This document shows positions 6,362 to 14,855 of a DNA stretch of 21,535 bases, piece after piece. Under the pieces are notes generated by a model. It saw nothing but the letters and a program-made list of their open reading frames with translations. It had not been told where the DNA came from and made no database searches. Source of the DNA: Pseudomonadota bacterium (GTDB lineage: Bacteria; Bdellovibrionota_B; Oligoflexia; Oligoflexales; CAIYRB01); contig JANOTL010000167.1 in assembly GCA_031416315.1 (NCBI GenBank), positions 1-21,535 of the forward strand. Reading direction: 5' to 3'. Position 1 is the stretch's first letter. The number at the start of each line of letters is the position of its first letter. A program made the position numbers and the translations under genes.

Positions 6362-8662
6362 ATGGCCCCGAATCCGAGTTCCGACGCCGGCGAGATGATC
6401 AGCGAGCTGTCGCGCCTTTATCGCGAGCAGTTCCAAAGCCAGCGCGTCATCTTGAGCTTTCCGACCTTCGTCGAGCTGGTGAAGAAAGAGCCGCGCCGCC
6501 TGATCCGGTCGGCCGCGGCATACATGCGCGACACCTTCGACCAGTTCGGCACGACCGCCATCGTCGGCAGCGACCATCGCGCGAGCGTCGTACGCTTCAA
6601 CCTCTTCGACCAAGGCACGCAGCGCAACGGCGCGGTCGTCGGCGGTGAGAGCGTGCAGGACGAGATCTACAACATCCTGCAGAGCTTCGTGCGCCAGGGC
6701 TACGCCAACCGCATGATCGTCATGCACGGCCCGAACGGCTCCTCGAAGTCGTCGACGGTCGAGGCGATCGGCAGCGCCATGCAGCGCTACAGCGAGATCC
6801 CCCAAGGCGCGGTCTACACCTTCAATTGGATCTTCCCGACCGAGAAGATCGCCGCACCCGCCATGAAGGGCGAAGGCGGACCGATCGGTTTCGCCTCGCG
6901 CCGCTCCGGAGACGAGGGCAACCTTTCCGGCTCTTACGCGCATCTCGACGACACGATGATCGCCTCGAAGATCCACTCGGACTTCAAAGATAACCCCGTG
7001 CACCTGATCCCGATGCCCCAACGCGAAATCTGGCTCAGGAGCTGGATCGCGGCGAAGGAAGGGATCCGCGAGGACGACGTCGAGCTGCCGCCGCACATCC
7101 TGGCCTCCGGCCTCTCCAAGCGGAACCAGCTGATCCTCGAGAACCTGCTCGCCGCCTACGACGGGGACCTGGCGAAGGTCCTGCGCCACATCCAGGTCGA
7201 GCGCTTCTTCTACTCGCGTCAATATCGCGTCGGCATCTCCACCGTCGAGCCGCAGATGGCGATCGACGCGATGGAGAAGCAGCTGACGATGGATCGCAAT
7301 ATCCAGAATTTGCCGAGCGTTCTGCACAACATCCGCTACTACGAGGCCCAGGGGGAATTGATCGAGGCCAACCGTGGCTTACTCGAGTTCTCCGACCTTC
7401 TGAAGAGACCTCTCGAGTCGTTCAAGTACCTTCTGACCACGGTCGAGAAGTCGGCGATCAGCCTCCCCTCCTCCACCGCCAACTTGGACCTCGTCTTCAT
7501 GGCGACGACCAACGAGAAGCATCTCGACACGTTCAAGACCATCCCGGACTTCTCCTCTTTCCGCGGGCGCTTCGAGCTGGTGACCGTGCCTTACTTGCTG
7601 AAGCCCTCGCTCGAGGAGCAAATTTACGCGCCCGACGTCGAGGTCCTGGGCAAGCACAAGAAAATCGTCCCGCACGCGGTGCAGATGCTTTGCTCATGGG
7701 CGGTGATGACGCGGCTCAAGCAGCCGGACCCCGAATACTACGACTCGACCCAGCGCGGTCTGATCGCGCGCCTCGATCCGCGCACCAAGGTCCGTCTGTA
7801 CGAGGACGAGCCGCTCCGCCCGACCTTCAAGCAGGCGGAGGAAGCCCAGCTGCGGGAGCTGCGCATCCGCATCATGAACGAGTCCGTCGGCATGGTGGTC
7901 TACGAGGGCCGTTTCGGCGCCTCCCCGCGCGAGATCAAGCAGGTGCTGCAGCGCGCGGCGCAGAACCAAGCGCACGAGACGATGACGCCGATGGCGATCT
8001 TCGAAGAGCTCGAGCGCATGGTGAAAGACCGGACCGTCTACGAGTTCCTGCAGTTCGAGCCCCGCGGCAAGTACCATGACGCCGCCTTCTTCATCGGCCT
8101 CTTGAAGGACGAGTTCGCCGATATCTTCGAGACCGAGACGGTGAAGGCCATGAGCCTCGTCGCGGACGAGGAATACGAGCGGCTCCTCGCGCGCTACATC
8201 GAGAACGTCGTCGCCGAGATCAAGCGCGAGAAGATCTTCAACCCCGCGACCGAGCAGTACGAGACAGCCTCGCAGGGCCTGATGAAGGACATCGAGAAGA
8301 TCCTGAACGTGCAGGGTTCCGTCGAGCGCCACCGCGAGGGTTTGCTTGGCCGCCTAGCGGCGTTCCGCATCGAGAACAAGACGATGGCGATCGACTTGCC
8401 GACCATCTTCCAGGACATTCTGCTGAAGATTCAAGAGCACTACTACGGGCAACGGAAGGTCGTGGTCCAGCAGAACTACCAGGCGATGCTGTCGCTCGCG
8501 GGCGATTCCGAGGCGGAGAGCGCGAAGATGGAGGAGAAAGACCGCGACCTGGCGAAGACCACGTACGCCGAGCTCGAGCGCCGCTTCGGCTACGACTTCG
8601 TCTCGGCGCGCGAGTGTTTGAAGTTCATGTTGAAGCACAATAAGAAGCGGAAGAAGGTTTAG
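6362..8662 (+). CDS. prkA: PrkA/YeaG-family AAA+ 'serine protein kinase'
   Basis: Walker A-like HGPNGSSKSS, EANRGLLEFSDLLKRP, TTNE, VTVPYLL, PHA…WAVMTRL, EGRFGASPRE. Confidence 0.85.
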   Translation: MAPNPSSDAGEMISELSRLYREQFQSQRVILSFPTFVELVKKEPRRLIRSAAAYMRDTFDQFGTTAIVGSDHRASVVRFNLFDQGTQRNGAVVGGESVQDEIYNILQSFVRQGYANRMIVMHGPNGSSKSSTVEAIGSAMQRYSEIPQGAVYTFNWIFPTEKIAAPAMKGEGGPIGFASRRSGDEGNLSGSYAHLDDTMIASKIHSDFKDNPVHLIPMPQREIWLRSWIAAKEGIREDDVELPPHILASGLSKRNQLILENLLAAYDGDLAKVLRHIQVERFFYSRQYRVGISTVEPQMAIDAMEKQLTMDRNIQNLPSVLHNIRYYEAQGELIEANRGLLEFSDLLKRPLESFKYLLTTVEKSAISLPSSTANLDLVFMATTNEKHLDTFKTIPDFSSFRGRFELVTVPYLLKPSLEEQIYAPDVEVLGKHKKIVPHAVQMLCSWAVMTRLKQPDPEYYDSTQRGLIARLDPRTKVRLYEDEPLRPTFKQAEEAQLRELRIRIMNESVGMVVYEGRFGASPREIKQVLQRAAQNQAHETMTPMAIFEELERMVKDRTVYEFLQFEPRGKYHDAAFFIGLLKDEFADIFETETVKAMSLVADEEYERLLARYIENVVAEIKREKIFNPATEQYETASQGLMKDIEKILNVQGSVERHREGLLGRLAAFRIENKTMAIDLPTIFQDILLKIQEHYYGQRKVVVQQNYQAMLSLAGDSEAESAKMEEKDRDLAKTTYAELERRFGYDFVSARECLKFMLKHNKKRKKV

Positions 8663-8672
8663 TTCGGTCGAC

Positions 8673-10211
8673 CTACTTGCATTGCTCGTCGGTCAGGAAC
8701 TGGCAATCCGAGGTGTTGACCTTCATACGATGGTACTCGAGATCGTACTTCGTCTCGCACTGGTTCTTCGCGTCGAGATTCTCCTCGAAGATCTTCTCGC
8801 CTTCCGGATTGGCGGACTTCTCTTTGCGGCATCCCCACGCACCGCTGCAGTCGATCCAGCCATAGTTGGAGCGCTGGGGCATGCGACAGACCCAGCAGCA
8901 ACGGCTCTTAGGCGCGGTCGGCACCGCGGGAACCGCCGAATCCTCGCACTTTTCGCCAGTGTAGTCGACGACGGCGGAGTTGCTGTAGAAAAGGCGTGCA
9001 TCATTCTGGCCGAATTCTTCGCCACAGGCTTGCATGCAGGTCTTCCACTTGTCGGTGCAGCCCTCGTAGCCGGGGGTCGCAAACGACTTACCACTGCAGC
9101 AGGCGCTGCAGTCGGTGAGCGGGCGGCCGACGCCTAAGCCGATGGCTTGGGTATAGGACTGCTTTTTGATCTCGCGGGCACAGGTGTTAGCGCCGTACTG
9201 GCGCTCGCCCTGCTTCGAGTTCTGGTTGAAGGCTTGGGCATTGGCACGGACGGCGTCCGTCTGAATCGACAGCGCTTTCAGATCTGCGATGGCGCAGCCC
9301 GAGTTCTCGAAGAGTGTGACCGCGCCGTCTGTGATGTTGCCCGTGCAGGTGACCAGCGCGGAGATTGCGCCTAGGGACTTCGTCAAGCTCTCGATGCCGT
9401 CGCCCAGTTTTTTAATGAACTTGTTGAGCTGCGCGACGCCCTTCTTGTCGTTCCCTTTCGTGCAAGTCGTGAGAACTTGCCCGAGCTCGAACATCGCCTT
9501 GGTGCCGTTGCCCGTGGCCTCGACTAGGCTCTTGAAGGCATCGACGCTCAAGCTCTTGGTCTTCACCAAGTCGGCTACGGCGCTCGTCGCGGACTGGATC
9601 GAGCTGGAGCCGGACGTGACACTGGCGGCGCAACGCTCGAGCCACCGCGGCTTGATCTTGCCGCCTTTCGTCGCATAGTCGAGGACCTTGTTCAGCGCCT
9701 CCCAGACCGACATCGTCGTCTTGAAGGCCTCGGCGGCCGGGCTACCAGGCTCGCTGTCGGAGGCGAGGCCGAGGCCCATGCCCTCGCCTTCGGTCGGCGG
9801 CGGCGCGTCGCTAGGCGGCGGCGTCGTCGTCGTGTCGCCGGTGCCGGCGGTCGCGTCGGGGCTGGCCGGCGGCTGCGACGCCGGCGGCTGCGACGCCGGC
9901 GCGTCCCGGTCCGCAGGGTCCTCTTCGAACTCGACCTGCTCGGACTGGGCCTCCTGCAGCGCGAGGCCGAGCTCGCCCGCATCTTTCAGCAGCTTGAGCC
10001 AGCCAGGTCCGACGGCGTCGACGACGGCGCCGACGCACTCGATCTGCTTGGCGACGCCCTCTTTCGTCCGCTGGTCCATCTTCTGAAGATCGCAGTCAAC
10101 CTTCGAGCCGGCTGCGGCGCCGTTGTCTTTGACGACGGCCACCGTTTCCGGCGACACCTTGCAAGCTGCGAACGTGAGAGCGACGGTTAAGCCGAGGATG
10201 CGGAACAGCAT
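8673..10211 (-). CDS. Cysteine-rich lipoprotein of unknown function (512 aa)
   Basis: Start moved to ATG 10211 (SD GGAG). Signal MLFRILGLTVALTFAAC, then an acidic Pro/Thr linker, a helical middle region and a Cys-dense C-terminus. Confidence 0.8.
   Translation of the reverse strand: MLFRILGLTVALTFAACKVSPETVAVVKDNGAAAGSKVDCDLQKMDQRTKEGVAKQIECVGAVVDAVGPGWLKLLKDAGELGLALQEAQSEQVEFEEDPADRDAPASQPPASQPPASPDATAGTGDTTTTPPPSDAPPPTEGEGMGLGLASDSEPGSPAAEAFKTTMSVWEALNKVLDYATKGGKIKPRWLERCAASVTSGSSSIQSATSAVADLVKTKSLSVDAFKSLVEATGNGTKAMFELGQVLTTCTKGNDKKGVAQLNKFIKKLGDGIESLTKSLGAISALVTCTGNITDGAVTLFENSGCAIADLKALSIQTDAVRANAQAFNQNSKQGERQYGANTCAREIKKQSYTQAIGLGVGRPLTDCSACCSGKSFATPGYEGCTDKWKTCMQACGEEFGQNDARLFYSNSAVVDYTGEKCEDSAVPAVPTAPKSRCCWVCRMPQRSNYGWIDCSGAWGCRKEKSANPEGEKIFEENLDAKNQCETKYDLEYHRMKVNTSDCQFLTDEQCK
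9865..9900 (-). repeat. 15-bp tandem repeat encoding (PASQP)2
   Basis: GCCGGCGGCTGCGAC twice plus GCCGGC, in the linker. Confidence 0.75.
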
Positions 10212-10245
10212 GCGAATCTCCGAAGGCGACGTGCCGAGCACCCTG

Positions 10246-10273
10246 CATTCGGTAGACGACACGCTCGACTTTA
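10246..10273 (-). promoter_or_regulatory. sigma28-like promoter of the Cys-rich lipoprotein gene
   Basis: Minus strand TAAA-N16-ACCGAATG, about 35 nt upstream of ATG 10211. Confidence 0.5.
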
Positions 10274-10381
10274 GAGCCTTGGGGAGGCAGTCACGCCCGA
10301 TCCGTGTTGCCGGCCGGCTTGGCCAAATGCTTCAGTCCCAGCCGATGTCTCAGCGGACCCGCAGACTTACGACTGCGTCGC

Positions 10382-11938
10382 TCAACCCGGCGCCAAGCGC
10401 TCCGTCAAAAGCTCCTTCAGTCGACGCGCCTGCGCCTCGCGGTCGTCGACGTAGATGCGGGTGATGTGCACCTTGTCGTTCGCATCGATGAGCTGCGAGT
10501 GGTCCTCGATCGGAACGACGCGCGGGAATTGCCGCTCGTCCTTCTTGATGAGGCGCAGATAGTTGCGGCTTTGCTCGTGCTCGCCACGCGAGCGGAAGCT
10601 CGTAAGCGAGGTCGAGGAGGAAAGTTTCTCGTAAGGAACGCCCAAGCCTTCGAGGATCTTGCACGCGGCGTTGGTCGCGACCTGGCCGCGGTCACGGTCG
10701 TCCTGGCTCTTGGCCGAGACCTCGAAGATCCGCTTCCAAAGGCGGCGGTCGCGCAGCAGCTCGCGCGAGAGCTGCTTGAACTCCCCCTTCGCCTTCTCGC
10801 TCGGGAGCTTCGTCGCGGCCGCCGCCAGCGCCCCCTCGATGTTGTACTCGTCTAGCTCCGCATACGCCTCGACCTCCGTCGGCAGGACGAAGCCGCCGAG
10901 GCGCCGCGAGATCTGCTGCATCATCGCCTCCGCCGCGACCGAGGTCTTGTGGAAGTAGAGCTGCAGATACATCGAATGGCGCGCGCGCAGGTAATCCTCG
11001 AACGCGGCGAGTCCCGAGAAGCTGATCGCCAGGTGGATGGAGGAGTCGGCAGGATCCAGGTAGAGGCAGAGCGAGTCCTGGATGCGCGTCGCGTCGAAGA
11101 TGCCGTAGACGACGCCGCATTCGCGCGAGTCGCGCAGAAGATAGTCCATGCGGTCGATGTCGACCTCGCCGGAGATCAGCTCGTTTAGGAGCTTGTGGAT
11201 TCCGTGCTGGTGCAAGACCGAGCCGTCCGCCGGCGCGATCTCCGGGCAGATGATCGATAGGACGTCGCGCGGCACGATCTTCATGCCGAGGTAAGGCGAC
11301 TCGCCCTGGTCGTTGACGTCGCTTAGCAGGCGATCGACGAGCAGCAAGGTGTAGACCTCGTGCCGGACGCGTACCTTCGCCGGGTCCTTGCCGGCGGCGG
11401 CGACCTTCGCGCATTTCCCCTGCAGATACTCGACGAGGTAGGGCGCGACGCCCTTCTCGAGTCCGAGGAGCAGCTCGCGCCAGGTCGGCAGGAAGAGCTC
11501 GCCCGAGTGCGAGAACGGCGGATGGCCGACGTCGTGGAGCAGCGCGGCGAGGCGCAGGGCCTGTAGCGTGTACTGTGACTCGAAGACCTGATCGATCACC
11601 GGAAAGGTCGGCGCCAGAAGCCCGTGCACGAGCCCGGCGACGCCGCGCTTCTCCTCCGCCTCGAAATCGCGGTACTTGCCGCAGCTGGCGGCCAAGCGCT
11701 TCTGGTTGGCGCGCATCTTCGTCCAGGTGATGCCGGCCAACTGCATGACACCGAGCGAATGCTCGAAGCGGGAGTGCGTGGCGCCGGGGAAGACGAAGGA
11801 CAGGAACGCGAGCTGGCGGATCCTGCGCAGGCGCTGCACGAAGGGATGCGCGATGACGCGGTCCTCGAGCGCGGTGACGTCGACCGTACCGTGGACGTTG
11901 CCGCGGATTCTGCGGACGATCTCAAGCTCCACGCTCAC
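10382..11938 (-). CDS. HD-superfamily phosphohydrolase (COG1078 / SAMHD1-like dNTP triphosphohydrolase type)
   Basis: QRLRRIRQL, FPGATHSRFEHSLGV, LAALLHDVGHPPFSHSGE, RHE, DIDRMDYLLRDS, MYLQLYFHKT. GTG start. Confidence 0.92.
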   Translation of the reverse strand: MSVELEIVRRIRGNVHGTVDVTALEDRVIAHPFVQRLRRIRQLAFLSFVFPGATHSRFEHSLGVMQLAGITWTKMRANQKRLAASCGKYRDFEAEEKRGVAGLVHGLLAPTFPVIDQVFESQYTLQALRLAALLHDVGHPPFSHSGELFLPTWRELLLGLEKGVAPYLVEYLQGKCAKVAAAGKDPAKVRVRHEVYTLLLVDRLLSDVNDQGESPYLGMKIVPRDVLSIICPEIAPADGSVLHQHGIHKLLNELISGEVDIDRMDYLLRDSRECGVVYGIFDATRIQDSLCLYLDPADSSIHLAISFSGLAAFEDYLRARHSMYLQLYFHKTSVAAEAMMQQISRRLGGFVLPTEVEAYAELDEYNIEGALAAAATKLPSEKAKGEFKQLSRELLRDRRLWKRIFEVSAKSQDDRDRGQVATNAACKILEGLGVPYEKLSSSTSLTSFRSRGEHEQSRNYLRLIKKDERQFPRVVPIEDHSQLIDANDKVHITRIYVDDREAQARRLKELLTERLAPG

Positions 11939-11950
11939 CTCGACCGTCGA

Positions 11951-13048
11951 TCATTGGTAGTGGCATCCGATCGCGTCCTCGACGCAGGCTAAGCCGCGTA
12001 AGCGCAACTCCGCGGCGAGCTCCTCGAGCAAAGACAAGACGACCCAAGGCCCCCGGTAAACGAGCGCCGTATAAATCTGCACCGCCGCAGCGCCACGTGC
12101 CAGCTTCTGAAACACATCCACGCCCGAGAGGATACCCCCCGTCGCGATCATCGGCAGGCGGCCGCCGGTGACCTCGTGCGCCCATTCGAGGCAGGTCGAA
12201 GAGGGCGCCATCAGAGGATGCCCGCTTTGGCCGCCCGGCTCGGGCCAGACGACGCGGTGCGTGTTGCTGACGATCACGCCTTGGAAGCCGCGGCCGGCGA
12301 CGGCATCCACCAGCGCCTGGAATTCCCGCTTCGTCATGTCGGGATCGATCTTCACCCATACCTTCGGCAGCTCCGCGCCGATCTCGTCGGCGAGCCCGTT
12401 GATGAAGGTCGGCGTCGCCAGGTCGCGCAGCCCCGGCGTATTCGGCGAGGACACGTTGATGACGAAGTAGCGCGCCAGGCCCTTGAAGGCCTCCATCGTC
12501 TGCAGGTAGTCGGTGTGCGCGCGCTCGGGCGGCGTGTCCTTGTTCTTGCCGCAGTTGATCCCGAGCGGCACCTTGTCGTGGTCCCAACGCTCGCTTCCGA
12601 GCCGCAAGGCGACCGTCGCGGCGCCGTCGCTGTTGAAGCCCATACGGTTGATGATCGCCCGCTGGTCCGGCTGCCTAAACAAACGAGGCTTAGGGTTTCC
12701 GGGCTGCGGGCGGGGCGTCACCGTGCCGATCTCGAGGAACGAGAAGCCGAGCCGCGCGAAGCCCTTCGGCGCGCGGCAATTCTTGTCGAAGCCGGCGGCC
12801 AGGCCGATCGGATGCGGCAGGGCGCCGATTCCCGGCACCGTCGTCTGCATGCCTAAGCCCGAGATTCCGGCCATCGGCGGCGGCAGGTAGTCGGCGAGCC
12901 CGCGCGCGAGGAGCGCCATCCCCACGTCGTGCGCCGCCTCCGCCGGCAGGAGCCGCAGGAGCGCCGTCCCTAGCTCTCCGAGACTCTTAGCGAATCTCGG
13001 CTTGGGGAGCGCGACGTCTCTGGGGGCGGGCGATACGATTGCATTCAT
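11951..13048 (-). CDS. pyrD: Quinone-dependent dihydroorotate dehydrogenase (class 2)
   Basis: AEAAH, GLAAGFDKN, EIGTVTPRPQPGNPKPRLFR, INRMGFNS, INCGKNKDT, NVSSPNTPGLRDL, VKIDPD, SNT, GGQSG, GGI, VQIYTALVYRGP. Confidence 0.97.
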   Translation of the reverse strand: MNAIVSPAPRDVALPKPRFAKSLGELGTALLRLLPAEAAHDVGMALLARGLADYLPPPMAGISGLGMQTTVPGIGALPHPIGLAAGFDKNCRAPKGFARLGFSFLEIGTVTPRPQPGNPKPRLFRQPDQRAIINRMGFNSDGAATVALRLGSERWDHDKVPLGINCGKNKDTPPERAHTDYLQTMEAFKGLARYFVINVSSPNTPGLRDLATPTFINGLADEIGAELPKVWVKIDPDMTKREFQALVDAVAGRGFQGVIVSNTHRVVWPEPGGQSGHPLMAPSSTCLEWAHEVTGGRLPMIATGGILSGVDVFQKLARGAAAVQIYTALVYRGPWVVLSLLEELAAELRLRGLACVEDAIGCHYQ

Positions 13049-13074
13049 GTCGCCCGCTTATACCGCGGGGCCGC

Positions 13075-13461
13075 TCAGGGCGCCAAGGTCTTCTGGAGGC
13101 GCTTCACCAGCTCGGTGGGATGAAAAGGCTTCCGGATGTAGTCGGCGGCGCCGAGCTTGATTCCTTGCAGGACGACGCTCTCTTGCGCCAGGGCCGTGAG
13201 CATGACGACGGGAATGTCGCGCGTGGCGGCGTTCGCCTTGATCGCGCGCAGGACGGAGAGCCCGTCGATTCCGGGCATGAGGATGTCGAGCAGGACGAGG
13301 CTCGGCTTCTCCGGCATCTCGGCCAAGATCCTCAAAGCCTCCTCGCCGGTGTCGGCGGTCGTGACCTCGAGCCCGTTCTTCTCGAGGACGAGCCGAATGA
13401 GGCGCTGGATGTGCGCTTCGTCTTCGACGACGAGGATTCTCTGTTTTGCGGTACCGGTCAT
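13075..13461 (-). CDS. Single-domain response regulator (CheY-like receiver)
   Basis: ILVVEDE, LVLLDILMPGIDG, PVVMLTA, GAADYIRKPF; no output domain. Confidence 0.95.
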   Translation of the reverse strand: MTGTAKQRILVVEDEAHIQRLIRLVLEKNGLEVTTADTGEEALRILAEMPEKPSLVLLDILMPGIDGLSVLRAIKANAATRDIPVVMLTALAQESVVLQGIKLGAADYIRKPFHPTELVKRLQKTLAP

Positions 13462-13470
13462 CGCACTACC

Positions 13471-14655
13471 TCAAGCCCCAATCGGAAGGTCGACGTCGCG
13501 CTCGTCATCGAGCGGCCACAGGAAACGGAAGAGACTGGAATTACGCTGGCGCAGGAACAAGAGTTGGCCCAAGTGGCGCTCCGTGATCCGGCGTGCGAGA
13601 AAAAGCCCGAGCCCGAGGCCGCGCTTGCCGCGGCGCGCTTGCGCGTGGGGATCCTGGTAGAAGCGCAGGAAGATGAGCTCCTCGGAGCCCGGCGACACGC
13701 CGATGCCGTCGTCCAGGACGTCGACGACGAGCATGCGGTCGACGACGTACACCGAGACGTCGACCCGACCAGAGCGCGCGTGGATGACGGCGTTTTTTAG
13801 CACTTCCCACAGGGCGCCCTGGAAAAGGCGGCGCCGCGCGCGCACCTTGCAGATCGTGTCGGTGTTCTTCAGAAAGCGCACGTTGACGCGCTGCGCGCCG
13901 TCCGCGCCGACAAACTCGAAGGCGCGCTCCTTCAGGCTGTCGCACATGTCACGTACGAACTCCGCCGCGTCGAAAGGCTCGCTCTCGCCGGCGACGCCGT
14001 GGCCTTCGGCGTAGAGCGCATGCGAGAGCTTGTCGACGGCCTCGAGCGCCGAGCCGACCTGCCCGACGATGATGCCGGAGAACTCGGCGACGACGTCCGG
14101 CGCCGAGGCCGTGGCCGGGTCGCGCAGAAGATCGGCGTAGCCCGCGACCGCGGCGAGCGGCGTGCGCAGCTCGTGGTCGACGAGCATCGACAGGTCCATG
14201 CCGAGCGAGCGGATGTGCTCCTTGAGCCCGCCTTCGACGGTCGAGTCGCGCTCGCGCGACTCGCGGAACCAGACGCGCAGACGGCTGGCGATCGCCTCCA
14301 GCGGTCCCGACAGCTCGCCGCCGCGGCTCCTTTTGCCGGGCGCGTTGAGGACGGCGATGACGAAGCGGTCAGTCTGCAGCTCTTGCTCGGGAAAATAGAG
14401 GTTCGTGCCGCGCGGCCAAGGCTTCTTCGGCACCGAGCCGCTCCAGTCCTTGAGCCAGCCCAGGGGGCGACCTCCGTCCAGCTCGTGCCCGGCAGCCGGC
14501 GGCCACTCCGTCTCCGTCTGGGCCGCGAGCACCTGGATGAAAAGGTCGCCGACGATGCGGTAGGCTGCGGCGCCGTGGAAGCCCAAATGGCGCATGAGCG
14601 CCCCGAAGGTCTCGGGATCGAGCGAGCGGAAATTGGCGAGATAGGCGGGTTTCAC
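13471..14655 (-). CDS. Cytoplasmic sensor histidine kinase (HisKA + HATPase_c)
   Basis: H-box DHELRTPL, N-box EVLKNAVIH, G1 DDGIGV, F-box IFLRFYQ, G2 GLGLGL. No TM segment. GTG 14655 (SD GAAGGT) is preferred over 14733 because the latter lies inside the promoter motif. Confidence 0.88.
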   Translation of the reverse strand: MKPAYLANFRSLDPETFGALMRHLGFHGAAAYRIVGDLFIQVLAAQTETEWPPAAGHELDGGRPLGWLKDWSGSVPKKPWPRGTNLYFPEQELQTDRFVIAVLNAPGKRSRGGELSGPLEAIASRLRVWFRESRERDSTVEGGLKEHIRSLGMDLSMLVDHELRTPLAAVAGYADLLRDPATASAPDVVAEFSGIIVGQVGSALEAVDKLSHALYAEGHGVAGESEPFDAAEFVRDMCDSLKERAFEFVGADGAQRVNVRFLKNTDTICKVRARRRLFQGALWEVLKNAVIHARSGRVDVSVYVVDRMLVVDVLDDGIGVSPGSEELIFLRFYQDPHAQARRGKRGLGLGLFLARRITERHLGQLLFLRQRNSSLFRFLWPLDDERDVDLPIGA

Positions 14656-14712
14656 GGCACCTTCGGCGTTTTGACCAAAACTCGGGCGCACTGCCGCCCT
14701 CGTCCACGGTGC

Positions 14713-14740
14713 GTATCGGCGAACCGGCGCCACGAGTTGA
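14713..14740 (-). promoter_or_regulatory. sigma28 (FliA)-like promoter of the HK-RR unit
   Basis: Minus strand TCAA-N16-GCCGATAC; the -10 box is 7/8 identical to GCCGATAA. Confidence 0.6.
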
Positions 14741-14754
14741 ATCAGGGCCCCACA

Positions 14755-14781
14755 TTGATCCGGCGCCCAGAGTGATATGAT
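14755..14781 (+). promoter_or_regulatory. sigma70-like extended -10 promoter for the coiled-coil gene
   Basis: TGaTATGAT at 14773-14781; TTGATC at 14755-14760 (short 15-nt spacer). Confidence 0.4.
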
Positions 14782-14855
14782 GTAGGAACAATCCTCCGCC
14801 CCCCTCCTCGGCAGATTCTTCTCTTCGCGTCTCCCGCCTCACAAGGAGTCCATCC

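Noticed and set aside
10382..11938. HD protein as an anti-phage dNTP-depletion system
   Set aside because: It sits next to pyrD in a housekeeping context with host-like codon usage and no defence-island neighbours.
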